The translations under genes were made by a program, and so were the position numbers. Source: a virus (taxonomy: Duplodnaviria > Heunggongvirae > Uroviricota > Caudoviricetes). Taken from it: DNA of 33,170 bases. Below are positions 1 to 8,980 of this stretch, piece by piece. Each line of letters opens with the position of its first letter. The stretch's first letter is position 1. Location of the stretch: IMG/VR virus record IMGVR_UViG_3300044212_000090, one strand, 5' to 3'. A model generated the notes under the pieces. That model saw nothing but the letters and a program-made list of their open reading frames with translations. It was not told the DNA's origin and ran no database searches.

Positions 1-240
1 CTCCGCCGCCCTCTCGTCCGTGCTCTTGGTGTGCGGGACGTTCAGCGGCTCAAGCCCGCCCCAGCTTCCCGTCACGCTCGTGGCGGTCGACTCGGCGAGC
101 AGATCGCGCTTCGGCTGCGCCGCCGCGAACGACCGAACGGAGGACACGGGGCCGGATGACGGCGCGGCCATCGCCGTCATGGGCAGGCACAAGGCGATCG
201 CCGCAGGGAGCGCGAGCAGCGCCTTCTTCGCATGGTTCAT
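1..240 (-). CDS. Secreted protein, N-terminal part only (runs off the window); resembles the N-termini of bifidobacterial NlpC/P60 or CHAP cell-wall hydrolases
   Basis: Translated by hand from ATG at 240: MNHAKKALLALPAAIALCLPMTAMAAP...KRDLLAESTATSVTGSWGGLEPLNVPHTKSTDERAAE. Signal peptide plus a DLLAES...WGG.E.L.VP.TKS segment. Not in the supplied ORF track. Confidence 0.7.
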   Translation of the reverse strand, partial: MNHAKKALLALPAAIALCLPMTAMAAPSSGPVSSVRSFAAAQPKRDLLAESTATSVTGSWGGLEPLNVPHTKSTDERAAE

Positions 241-248
241 GGTTGGGC

Positions 249-257
249 CTATGCGTC
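249..257 (-). promoter_or_regulatory. GACGCATAG motif, 8 nt before ATG 240
   Basis: Top strand CTATGCGTC; no SD before the ATG. Confidence 0.7.
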
Positions 258-322
258 GGTAGGCGAAAAGCCGCATATGACGGGGGCGCTCCGCCTGTCA
301 TCCCATATGCGTCAGGCGCAAT

Positions 323-1045
323 CTAGTAGTGGATAAACGAATGCTCCGCAGCTTGTTTCGCGGAGAACGTGCGCGACATCGTGCGCCCGTCCAGCGCCGC
401 GCCGCTCTCGGATGTCGTGATCGAGCCATCCCTGCCGATGGACTCCACGATCGCCACATGCCCATACGCCCCGTCCGCCCCGTCCTGCCCGGCGGCGAAC
501 ACCATGACGTCGCCCGCGTGCCGGGGAACATCGTCCACCCAGTAGCCGAGCTTCCGGGCTGAATCCGCCCACATGTCCCCGTTGCCCAAGTGCGAGCCGA
601 CTGGAAGGCCGAGCTGATGGCGGCGCACGTAGGCCCACCAGGTGCACTGCGAAAACTCGTAGGCATTGCCGCTGTCCCCGGTCGGATGATCGGGGTTGAA
701 GCCGGATGGCAGCAGGCTCTCGTCCGTCCCGTTGACCCACGCCCGCACCGTCGCATTGGATGCCGGGATGGCGGACAGGCTCTTCGCGTCGATGCCACCA
801 CCGCTCTGCCAGACGCCCGTGACGGGCGTGCGCGCGCTTGAGCGCGAGACCTCGCCGCCGGCATCCGCAGGGCGGCTCAGGGCGATGCGGGAGGCGTTCT
901 GAGAGGGTGTCGCCGGGACGTTCGCCATCGCCAGCGAGGGTACGAGCGCCAGCAGCGAAAGCGGCGCGAGCGAGAGCCACATGGCCCGCTTGCGCCGCCG
1001 TCTGCTCTCCCGCCGCGTCAGAGCGGGCTTGTGCCGCGCGCTCAC
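323..1045 (-). CDS. CHAP-domain amidase (conjugative cell-wall hydrolase), membrane-anchored or secreted
   Basis: YEFSQCTWWAY (catalytic Cys) and YGHVAIVE (catalytic His); N-terminal hydrophobic segment; GTG start overlaps the upstream TGA. Confidence 0.9.
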   Translation of the reverse strand: MSARHKPALTRRESRRRRKRAMWLSLAPLSLLALVPSLAMANVPATPSQNASRIALSRPADAGGEVSRSSARTPVTGVWQSGGGIDAKSLSAIPASNATVRAWVNGTDESLLPSGFNPDHPTGDSGNAYEFSQCTWWAYVRRHQLGLPVGSHLGNGDMWADSARKLGYWVDDVPRHAGDVMVFAAGQDGADGAYGHVAIVESIGRDGSITTSESGAALDGRTMSRTFSAKQAAEHSFIHY

Positions 1046-1341
1046 GCGCCGAACCTCAGCCCGCTCACTGCGGCGTCCACGGCCCAGACGCTCGACATGA
1101 AGCGCTTGTGCATGAGCCGCACGCGGCGGGTCTTGGGGCTGTTATGCATCACGCCGCCGAGATACGGCATGTCCGCGAACACCGCGGACTTGGTCACCTG
1201 CACCACCGGCGCGTCGACCGCGTTCACCACGTCGCGCGGCTTCGTGGCCTGCCCGGACGGAAGGTAGGTGAAAGACGCTGTGCCGCCCTGGACTGGATTG
1301 AGCTCGATGAAGCGCCCGTCCGCGTATGTTCTGATCGCCAT
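1042..1341 (-). CDS. Hypothetical protein, 99 aa
   Basis: SD (AAGGAG) upstream; co-oriented between two plausible genes. Confidence 0.7.
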   Translation of the reverse strand: MAIRTYADGRFIELNPVQGGTASFTYLPSGQATKPRDVVNAVDAPVVQVTKSAVFADMPYLGGVMHNSPKTRRVRLMHKRFMSSVWAVDAAVSGLRFGA

Positions 1342-1353
1342 GATGGAATCTCC

Positions 1354-2373
1354 TTAGTCGGACGAATCCGATGAAGCGTCCGGATCCGTGGATGCGTCCA
1401 AGGGCGCGGGCGATGCCGAATCGGATGCGCCCTTCGGCTTGGCGGGCGCCGGACCCGACCAGCGGTTCGCGTAGTCCTTGACGCCCGGCCCCGTGCCCGC
1501 AGGCCCCCATGCCAGGATCTTCGGGGTGCCGTCGGGGTCGCGCAGAATCACGTCGTAGTCGAAGCGGGCGCCCTGCGAAGTGTCATCCGGGGCCTTGGCG
1601 GTGATGGTCACCGAGACGACGGCGGTATCCGAGCTGGACTTGTCGCGCGCCACCTTGCCGCGATCCAAGTATGCGCCGTTGTTCACTGTCACGCTGTCCG
1701 CGCCGCCCAGGGACAGCGGCATGTAGGAGGCCCCCGGGTTCGGGTCCGCCACGATGGTGGTCAGCAGCGATCTGTCCGAGCCGAACAGGGCATTGCCCCA
1801 GTTGGTCAGCAGCCGGGAGGCGGCGCCCGAAGGTGCGTACTGCTTGATGGAGCTCGGCCAGGAGTGGCCCGCCCCCGCACCGGATGCGACGGACACGGGA
1901 GCCGAGAGCGGCGTGGCGGCGGGATTGCCGATCGGCTGCCCGCCCGGGCCGATGACCGCATCCACCGTCCACCAGCGCCCGTCCTGGCCCTGCACGGTCA
2001 TCGTGTGGCGCATGGCCGTGAACGCCTTGTTGGACGTATCCCCGGACACCTGCAGCGCCTGGGCGCCGTTCCAGCTCACGATGGATGCGGGGCCTCCCAG
2101 CGGGCTGCCGGAGCCCAGCCACGACTCGACCTGCTGATAGGCGGCCTGCTTGCCCGACGGATTGAAATCGGGTTTGATGGGCGGCTTGGGCGGGGGCATG
2201 GAGCCGATCGTCATGATCAGATAGACGAGCAGCCCCAGGATGACGTACCAGACGATCCGGTACCACCGGGTGCGGCCCGCCACCAATTTCACGAACTCCT
2301 TGTCGGGGTCCGGCTCCTTCTTGACCGCCTCGGCCCAGACGTCCGCTTCCTTCTTCTTCGCTTTGAGTGCCAT
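1354..2373 (-). CDS. Bitopic membrane protein, candidate VirB8/TcpC-like conjugation component
   Basis: Single N-terminal TM (WYRIVWYVILGLLVYLIMTIG), Pro-rich linker, two roughly 100-aa alpha/beta-like extracellular units; T4SS context. Family call is inference. Confidence 0.5.
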   Translation of the reverse strand: MALKAKKKEADVWAEAVKKEPDPDKEFVKLVAGRTRWYRIVWYVILGLLVYLIMTIGSMPPPKPPIKPDFNPSGKQAAYQQVESWLGSGSPLGGPASIVSWNGAQALQVSGDTSNKAFTAMRHTMTVQGQDGRWWTVDAVIGPGGQPIGNPAATPLSAPVSVASGAGAGHSWPSSIKQYAPSGAASRLLTNWGNALFGSDRSLLTTIVADPNPGASYMPLSLGGADSVTVNNGAYLDRGKVARDKSSSDTAVVSVTITAKAPDDTSQGARFDYDVILRDPDGTPKILAWGPAGTGPGVKDYANRWSGPAPAKPKGASDSASPAPLDASTDPDASSDSSD

Positions 2374-2382
2374 GTATCCGCG

Positions 2383-2405
2383 CTATGCGTCCGCCCGGCG
2401 CATAG
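2383..2405. promoter_or_regulatory. Back-to-back pair of CGCATAG motifs (2383-2391 on -, 2397-2405 on +) between divergent genes
   Basis: CTATGCG-9 nt-CGCATAG; the minus copy is 9 nt before ATG 2373. Confidence 0.7.
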
Positions 2406-2475
2406 CGATGCCGCGAGCGCGCCGAGAGACGGCGCGAACATCCTCTCCCCGAGAGAAGGAAGGAAGCACATCCCC

Positions 2476-2847
2476 ATGATCACCGGAAAATCCATCGACC
2501 TGGCCTACGGCTTCGGCACCATCACCAATCAGACCAAGGGGGCGGCGGCCCTGTTCGCCTCCACTGTCGCAGGCTCCAGCTTCGGCACGGCGCTGAAGAT
2601 CATCGGCGCGCTGGTCGTCTTCATCTCCGTCGCCGTCATCCTCATCCGCAAGTTCTGGCCCAACAGCCCGCTCGGCTTGATGGTTCAGGGCTCGAGCATC
2701 TTCGTGTGGGTCACCTGCGGCATCCTCCTGGGCGTCACGATGTTCGCGCCCGGCACCATCCTGCCGATCGTCGGCGTCATCGTCGGCATCGTGCCGGACG
2801 TCGCCGTATGGGCGGCCTCCAAGCTGTTCCCGGGCATCGGACTGTAG
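2476..2847 (+). CDS. Small polytopic membrane protein, candidate VirB2/TrbC-like pilin
   Basis: MITGKSIDLAYG...; 123 aa with 2-3 hydrophobic helices; SD GAAGGAAGG; 3' part of track ORF 1864..2847. Confidence 0.5.
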   Translation: MITGKSIDLAYGFGTITNQTKGAAALFASTVAGSSFGTALKIIGALVVFISVAVILIRKFWPNSPLGLMVQGSSIFVWVTCGILLGVTMFAPGTILPIVGVIVGIVPDVAVWAASKLFPGIGL

Positions 2848-2863
2848 GGGAAGAGGGGACGCG

Positions 2864-3271
2864 ATGCTCTTCGACATCACCCGCATCAGCGGCAACAGGG
2901 TCGACCAGGTCGACGAGCTCAAGATCACGCAGCGCATCTGGTTCCGCTCCACCGATCTGCTCATCGCCCTGGCCGGGCTCCTGCTCGGCGCTCTGGCAGC
3001 CGTCCCCTTCTTCGCCCTCTTCGCCTCCACCTGGCCGCTGGTCCTGAGCCCCATCGGCATGGTGATCGCCCTGACGTTCTTCACCCGCAAGCGCTCGGTG
3101 GCCGGCGAGCTCAACCCCCGGCGCTTCGACCGCATGCGAGACCGCGCCAAGGCCCTGGACGGGCAGTTCATCCTGCCCGGCTCCGGCGAGCCCTTCAGCC
3201 CCAACAGCTACCGCATCGTCGAGCAGTGGAGGCGCCCGATATACGGGCGCAAGCCGTACAAGCTGGAATAG
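2864..3271 (+). CDS. Membrane protein, candidate PrgI/VirB3-like
   Basis: 135 aa; two adjacent TM helices followed by a basic tail; follows the pilin-like gene. Confidence 0.5.
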   Translation: MLFDITRISGNRVDQVDELKITQRIWFRSTDLLIALAGLLLGALAAVPFFALFASTWPLVLSPIGMVIALTFFTRKRSVAGELNPRRFDRMRDRAKALDGQFILPGSGEPFSPNSYRIVEQWRRPIYGRKPYKLE

Positions 3272-3385
3272 AGGCGTTGCGATGCGCGAAGCGGCCCTCT
3301 ATATTCTCTCGTTCTTCTTGTGAAGGATGGGAGAGGCGGAAAGGCCGCTTCTTGCGTCTCTGGGGGTGGAAGCATACGAGAGGGC

Positions 3386-3559
3386 ATGATTAGCTTGCTT
3401 GCTCTGGGGATATCCGCCGCCGTATTCCTGACGGTCTCGATCTGCTCCTTCGTCGCTCTGCGAGACGACATCCTGAATCTGGAGGACCTGTTCGCCGCCT
3501 CGGAGCGGAACCGCGCCGCATGGGACGCGATGTTCGAGCAGCTGCGGGGCGAGCGATGA
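3386..3559 (+). CDS. Small membrane protein, 57 aa
   Basis: SD GAGAGGG; N-terminal TM; ATGA overlap with the next ORF. Confidence 0.5.
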   Translation: MISLLALGISAAVFLTVSICSFVALRDDILNLEDLFAASERNRAAWDAMFEQLRGER

Positions 3560-3762
3560 GCATAATGGCCCTCGTCCTTCTTCTGCTCTCGCTGGTCGTC
3601 GCCTCATTCGGGTACGCCCTGCACCGCATTCTCAGCCACGGAATCGATTGCCGCGGCATTGACGGGCGTTCTGATCGCATCGCGTCGCAGGAAGAGGTAG
3701 CCGACCAAGACATAAGTAGAGGGGCGGCGTCGCAAAGCCGCGATGCCGCCCCCTCTACTTAG
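3556..3762 (+). CDS. Small membrane protein, 68 aa
   Basis: N-terminal TM; translationally coupled; 3' end runs into a hairpin. Confidence 0.4.
   Translation: MSIMALVLLLLSLVVASFGYALHRILSHGIDCRGIDGRSDRIASQEEVADQDISRGAASQSRDAAPST
3714..3760. terminator. Hairpin between convergent genes
   Basis: AAGTAGAGGGGCGGCGTCGC / GCGATGCCGCCCCCTCTACTT arms. Confidence 0.6.
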
Positions 3763-3778
3763 CAGAAGACTCTGAGGA

Positions 3779-4333
3779 CTACTGCCTGATCAGCGTCATC
3801 CTGTCCGGTTCCTGGAAGGACTTCCAGTCCTTGGCGGTCTTGGCATACGGATACGCCCAAGGCAGATAGGTCTGGTGCTCGGAATTCCTGAGCTGCCCGA
3901 TTGCGAAATTCGGCAAATAGGGAAGAAGCTCGATCTGCGAACCGCCATCCTTTACTTTGACAAGCAGCTCATTGAGCTCGATGTTCTCCGTGGCGCCTTC
4001 TACGCAAGGCCCCTTCGGCTTGTCGCTGATCCGGCATGTGGCATCCGTGTCGTCGAACGTGATGGCGAACAGCCCTCCCTGAACCGGCTTGTCCGACAAG
4101 GAGTACGCGACCTTCTGATCCTCTCCGTAATCCTGATAGGTCATGACGCCATTATCGAAAACCAGTTTGTCCTCGAGTTTTGCCTTGCGGACGTATGTGC
4201 CGGAGATTTCGGGCTTGTCCGCCGCCGCTGTGGTCTTGTGGGCGTTCGTGCTGCCGCCCGCACCTCCGCATCCCGATAGCAGCATCATCGCCGCCAGCAC
4301 TCCTACTCCCAAGGCTCCCAGTTTTCCCTTCAT
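3779..4333 (-). CDS. Lipoprotein, 184 aa (candidate entry-exclusion protein)
   Basis: MKGKLGALGVGVLAAMMLLSG-C lipobox; SD GAAGGAG; visibly lower GC than flanking genes. Confidence 0.75.
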   Translation of the reverse strand: MKGKLGALGVGVLAAMMLLSGCGGAGGSTNAHKTTAAADKPEISGTYVRKAKLEDKLVFDNGVMTYQDYGEDQKVAYSLSDKPVQGGLFAITFDDTDATCRISDKPKGPCVEGATENIELNELLVKVKDGGSQIELLPYLPNFAIGQLRNSEHQTYLPWAYPYAKTAKDWKSFQEPDRMTLIRQ

Positions 4334-4447
4334 AACCCATTCTCCTTCTTGCATCATATGGACGCCTTCAAGCATACGACCCGGCTGATACCTGTCCGCA
4401 TAGCTGCTAGGCAGACTATTCCGAACTATGTGAATCAGGAGAGCGAA

Positions 4448-7400
4448 ATGAGTTTGGCGCTTGACAGCCTGCCGGTACTGCGGTGGGCGGACGTTGCGGG
4501 GCCTTTGACCAACCGCTCGGACGGCTTCATCGAGCAGATCACAAGCATGTTCTCGAACATTCCGCAGAATATCGAAGGCGTGTTCCTGTCTCTGGGAAAC
4601 GAGCTATGGTCAGGCGCGGCTTGGATGCTCAAGGCTTCGATGCCGAACGATGCGATTTCCGAGAAATTCGGCAAATTCGCGAACGAGTTCGCGGGCAGCA
4701 TGTATACGAACCTGACCGGCGACTTCATGCTGCCGTTTATCGTCATCATGCTCGCCGCATTGGGCGGCATGTGGGCCGTGTTCCGAGGACAAGGCTCCCG
4801 CGTGCTGATGAAGAAGGTCGGGGCTATGGGTTTGGGCCTCGGTCTGTTCCTGGGCATGGGCATGGCGAGCGCGGCTCCGGGTGCTACGGTGAAAACGCCC
4901 ATGACTCCCGCATGGACGGTCGGAACGGTCAACAAGGTGACGACCGACTCGCTGGGCACGGTCTCGCACGCGCTCAACAAAACCTTCGACTCCGGGCATA
5001 ACTACCTTGCAGCCGAAGCGGATGGCTACCTCTCATGCCGCCGCTACACGGTGGAGCTGCACAACCAGGCCGACGCCGAGGCCGGAGGCAAGGTGGACGG
5101 CACTCTCATGGCGCTCAACCGCATGTGGGAGGAGACGGGCCTGCGCATGTGGGCGCGCGCCCAGTACGGCAGCGGGCTCAACGGCATGCAGGTCTTCTGC
5201 CGCGTGCTCGAATACCGCGCGGGGGCAAGCCCCGAGGACATGGCGTCGATCTCAAGCGCGGCCACTGCCCAGCAGGGAGCCAAGCCGATCACGTTCAACT
5301 ACAAGTCCGCCGCATGGTGGCCCTCGCTGCTCGTCAAGAAGGGAGAGAAGGCCGGAGACGACAAAAACGGCATCGCGACCGCCAAGATGCTCGATCGCTA
5401 CGTCACGCTCTTCGATGTATGCAACGTGGATATCGCAAAGACGGGTAAAATCACCACTCGTTGGGGCTGGAATTTCGTCAATTCCATAGGCGGCAAGAAT
5501 CGTGGCATCCCATCAAGCGACGAAGCGAGAAGGAATCTTCCCGGTAATTGCCAAGCGATGCTGACGGGACGCAGCGGGCTTAAGGACGACAATGTGAACT
5601 ACTTTATCATCCAGCCCGGAGACCACAATAACCCCAAAGTCGGAGTTGACGACGCTGGATACAACACCGATGAAGACGGGAATGACTATAAGCCGGACGG
5701 CACCAACAATGCAGGCGGAGACGAAGTTCGACAACTCATCGAGAAGTTCGACGTGGCGACCAACGGAGACTGGCAGCTTCTCGCCATGGGAGGCACATCG
5801 AACAGCGGCAATACCGCTCAGCGCAATGCCGCCGTGCAAACCATGATCATGCAGCACGGCACGGCCGGAATATCCGACATCGGCGGCGCGGTCGTCTTCG
5901 CGCTCTCGGGGCTGGTGAATCTGGTCATCTGGGGCCTGGGGTTGGGGCTGCTGCGTCTTCTCGCGGTAATCATGAGCTTCCTGCTCGCGGGCATCGGTCT
6001 GTATCTCGGGTTCCTCATCTACGCGGTCATGCCCGACAGAGGCGGCAAGGCCATCAAGAGCGCGCTCCAGCAGATGGTCGCCGCGTGCGCCGGCGTCACC
6101 ATCATCACGCTGGCCGCTCAGGTCATCACCATGATCATCAACTCTCTCATGAACGCGCTGGGCCTGATCGATGCGGGAGGCAACACCAGCGGCACCATCA
6201 TGTCGATGGGGCTGGGGGCGCTGCTTCTTCCCCCCGCCGCCATCATGCTCCTCAAGTACATGTGCACGAACGTGTGGAAGATAGGCAACCCGTTCTCCGC
6301 CGAGGGGCTTGGCGCGCTGGTCGGCGGCGGAGCGATCCTCAAGGGCGTGGGCAACGCGGCCAAGGGGCTGGCCGGGGGAGCCATCGGCGGAGCGGCTGCG
6401 CTCATGGGAGGCGGGGGCGTCATGGCCGCTCTCGGCGCGGCGAGGTCCGGGGCGGCATCCGCAGCCTCGGGCAAGGGCGTCATGGGCACCGCGGGAGGCC
6501 TGGCGGACGCCGCCGGGCGCGGGCACGGCGCCGGGCAGATGGACAGGTTCTACCGCGAGCGCAACGAGAGCATGGCCGAGAAGGCCGTGGGCGGCGGCGG
6601 AGCGAAGGACCGCAACCCGACCGAGGGCGAGAGCGTGCCGGGTTCCGACGCGGAGCCGAAGAGCGCCGAAGAGACGGCCCGAGACGATGCCATCGGCGCA
6701 TCCGGGGCGGACGGCGCGAAGGACGGCGAGGAGCCGGTCGCGAGCGAAGCCGAGGCCGCAGCCACGGGCGGCGACCCGACTCTGAGCGAGGCCGGTGAGG
6801 AGCCGGAGGAAGAGCCGGAGCTGGACGAGAACGGCGAGCCTGTGGCGAACGAGGCCGAAGGCGCCGTCGAGGGCGAGCCCGACCTCTCGGAGGGCTCGGA
6901 CGATACGAAGTCCGCGCTCTCCGACATCGCAGGGTCGATGAAGGGCGACCTGCGCAAGATGAAGGACGACCTGTCGGACAAGGCCCACGCCGTCGCCGAC
7001 AGGACCTCCGAGCGGGCGCATGCGCTGGCGGATGGCGCGGTCGTGCATATGCGCCGCCACGCAGTCGGGCGCGTGGCGCTGGCCGCGGCCCCGATAGCCG
7101 CGCGGGCGGCCAAGGCCGCGGGGCGCGGCGCTCTGCGCTCCGCGGCGTCCGCCGCCAAGGGGGCCACCAAGTTCGCCTCCAAGCATCCGGTGCTCGCCAC
7201 CGCAGCCGTAGGCGCGGTCGCCCCCTGGGCGCTGCCCTTCGCCGCGGGCGGGGCCGCGCTGGCCCACTCCGCGCTCTCCAGGGGCCGGGTCGTAGGCCAT
7301 AACAGGGACGGCTCCGACATCATCAAGGGCCGGGGCTTCCTCAACCGCGGCGCCGAGGTGGCGCGGAACAGCTACCCCGCCATCAGGGAGCGCGTATCCG

Positions 7401-8797
7401 CCGCCGGATCGAAGGTCGGCGGGGCCGCGCACTCCGCCGCCGATGCGGTGGCGAACGGCGCGCACGCCCTGCGCGATGCCCAGAGCGAGTTCAGAGGCAA
7501 CATGGCGGCCCAGTCCTGGGCCAGGGATCGGGATGCGAGCGTGAAGGCGGACAAGGACCGCCAGAGCGCCGCGTTCGCCAAGGCCGTGGCCGACGGCGGG
7601 CCGAAGAGCGTGGACTACGCCCAGTTCAAGGCTAGGGCCATCCTCGCCAACCGGGCCGGCGCGGCCCCCGAGGCGCGCAGGGCCATGGATGCGGGGATTG
7701 CAGGGGCGGCGGCGGACCGCGAGATGGCGGACATGGCGCGCGGCATCGCGCTGCAGAACAGCGAGCCGATGCCCGCCCGCGCGAGCGTGAACAGCGCTCT
7801 GGGCGGCGCGGACATGGCGCTGGCGAACACCGGCGCCAGGCAGCAGTACGCCTCGGTCGCGGGGCATGTGACCTCCGAGAGCATCGCGACCACGCCGGCC
7901 GCAGCCGTGGATGACCGCATCTACGGCGGCGAGCGCCGCTACGCGCAGGCCGGGCCCGGCTCCACGGTGAACGACAGCATCTACAACGCCTCCGAGTCCG
8001 CGGCTGCAGCAACGCAGAGCGTCGATGCGAACAACGGGCCTTCCGCGGAACGGATGAAGCAGGCGCGCAGCGCCGTGGAGGCGCCGCGGGTCATGCCTAT
8101 GGGGCAGGGCATGCAGAGCGCCGCGGGCATGGCGCAGCAGGCCGCATTCGCGAGCGACAATCGCGCCGCAGGGCCTATTCCAGTCACGAATCAGAGCGCG
8201 CCCGTGAACAGCGGCAACATGCAGCAGGTGCCCGTGAACAGCGGCAACATGCGGCCTCAGAGCGCGCCCGTGAACAGCGGCAACATGCAGCAGGTGCCCG
8301 TGAACAGCGGCAACATGCGGCCTCAGAGCACGCCCGCGAACAGCGGCAACGCGCAGCAGGCGCCCGTGAACGCGGGCAGCGTAAGCCAGAGCGCTCCCGT
8401 GAACAGCGGGAACGCGCAGCAGCACGCCGTGCAGCAGACTCTGCCGGTCGACTCGGGAGCCATGCACGACCGGCAGTCCAGAGCGCAGACCATGTCTGCG
8501 GACAGGAGCAAGCCATCCGAAGTGCAGGGCCACTCCGCGCTTAACGACCGCAAGGCGGCGTTCCTGGATGACTCCGGCCCGAAGCTCGCCGAGACGCGGC
8601 GCTTCGCTCAGACCGCGCCGGAGCCCGGAGCGCAGAGCTCGCTCGACGATCAGGCGCCGGGAGGCGGCTCTCGCGGCCCGGGCCTCGCGAACACAAGCGA
8701 AAACGAAGCGCGTGTGGCGTTCGAGCGGCGGCAGAGCGCAATGGACGCCGCAATGGACGACGCACCCGACTGGGCCGCCAACGGGTTCGGCGACTGA
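4448..8797 (+). CDS. Large polytopic membrane protein, VirB6/TrbL-like, with long low-complexity C-terminal tail
   Basis: Start MSLALDSLP with SD CAGGAGAG; N-terminal TMs, a large loop, a 5-6 TM block, then Gly/Ala-rich, acidic and repeat regions. Confidence 0.65.
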   Translation: MSLALDSLPVLRWADVAGPLTNRSDGFIEQITSMFSNIPQNIEGVFLSLGNELWSGAAWMLKASMPNDAISEKFGKFANEFAGSMYTNLTGDFMLPFIVIMLAALGGMWAVFRGQGSRVLMKKVGAMGLGLGLFLGMGMASAAPGATVKTPMTPAWTVGTVNKVTTDSLGTVSHALNKTFDSGHNYLAAEADGYLSCRRYTVELHNQADAEAGGKVDGTLMALNRMWEETGLRMWARAQYGSGLNGMQVFCRVLEYRAGASPEDMASISSAATAQQGAKPITFNYKSAAWWPSLLVKKGEKAGDDKNGIATAKMLDRYVTLFDVCNVDIAKTGKITTRWGWNFVNSIGGKNRGIPSSDEARRNLPGNCQAMLTGRSGLKDDNVNYFIIQPGDHNNPKVGVDDAGYNTDEDGNDYKPDGTNNAGGDEVRQLIEKFDVATNGDWQLLAMGGTSNSGNTAQRNAAVQTMIMQHGTAGISDIGGAVVFALSGLVNLVIWGLGLGLLRLLAVIMSFLLAGIGLYLGFLIYAVMPDRGGKAIKSALQQMVAACAGVTIITLAAQVITMIINSLMNALGLIDAGGNTSGTIMSMGLGALLLPPAAIMLLKYMCTNVWKIGNPFSAEGLGALVGGGAILKGVGNAAKGLAGGAIGGAAALMGGGGVMAALGAARSGAASAASGKGVMGTAGGLADAAGRGHGAGQMDRFYRERNESMAEKAVGGGGAKDRNPTEGESVPGSDAEPKSAEETARDDAIGASGADGAKDGEEPVASEAEAAATGGDPTLSEAGEEPEEEPELDENGEPVANEAEGAVEGEPDLSEGSDDTKSALSDIAGSMKGDLRKMKDDLSDKAHAVADRTSERAHALADGAVVHMRRHAVGRVALAAAPIAARAAKAAGRGALRSAASAAKGATKFASKHPVLATAAVGAVAPWALPFAAGGAALAHSALSRGRVVGHNRDGSDIIKGRGFLNRGAEVARNSYPAIRERVSAAGSKVGGAAHSAADAVANGAHALRDAQSEFRGNMAAQSWARDRDASVKADKDRQSAAFAKAVADGGPKSVDYAQFKARAILANRAGAAPEARRAMDAGIAGAAADREMADMARGIALQNSEPMPARASVNSALGGADMALANTGARQQYASVAGHVTSESIATTPAAAVDDRIYGGERRYAQAGPGSTVNDSIYNASESAAAATQSVDANNGPSAERMKQARSAVEAPRVMPMGQGMQSAAGMAQQAAFASDNRAAGPIPVTNQSAPVNSGNMQQVPVNSGNMRPQSAPVNSGNMQQVPVNSGNMRPQSTPANSGNAQQAPVNAGSVSQSAPVNSGNAQQHAVQQTLPVDSGAMHDRQSRAQTMSADRSKPSEVQGHSALNDRKAAFLDDSGPKLAETRRFAQTAPEPGAQSSLDDQAPGGGSRGPGLANTSENEARVAFERRQSAMDAAMDDAPDWAANGFGD
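8192..8422 (+). repeat. Intragenic tandem repeats (30/36-nt units) encoding PVNSGNMQQV / PVNSGNMRPQSA
   Basis: About seven copies of CCCGTGAACAGCGGCAAC, degenerating rightwards. Confidence 0.9.
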
Positions 8798-8811
8798 CGA
8801 CAGCCGAGCAG

Positions 8812-8850
8812 CCCCCTCGGAGGTTTTCGTAACGAAAATCTCCGAGGGGG
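8812..8850 (+). terminator. 19-bp-stem hairpin after the VirB6-like gene
   Basis: CCCCCTCGGAGGTTTTCGT-A-ACGAAAATCTCCGAGGGGG, one G-T pair. Confidence 0.65.
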
Positions 8851-8962
8851 GTGCCGTCTCATATACGGGATGCCCAGATACAACGCCAGTAACGGAAGCG
8901 CACCGATGCACATGCGCAGAAGCATGACGAACGCGAAAACCAGGGAGTGATGCATCCGTCTC

Positions 8963-8971
8963 GGCGCATAG
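8963..8971 (+). promoter_or_regulatory. GGCGCATAG motif, 9 nt before ATG 8981
   Basis: No SD before the ATG. Confidence 0.7.
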
Positions 8972-8980
8972 CACCGGACC

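Noticed and set aside
2159-2168. GGATTGAAAT resembling the 3' end of a type I CRISPR repeat
   Set aside because: No upstream stem; it lies inside the 1354-2373 coding sequence (DFNP codons on the minus strand), so it is a chance match.
8812-8850. Near-perfect palindrome as a hairpin-telomere (protelomerase) site
   Set aside because: It lies just after a stop codon like the other terminator hairpins, and no protelomerase is seen.
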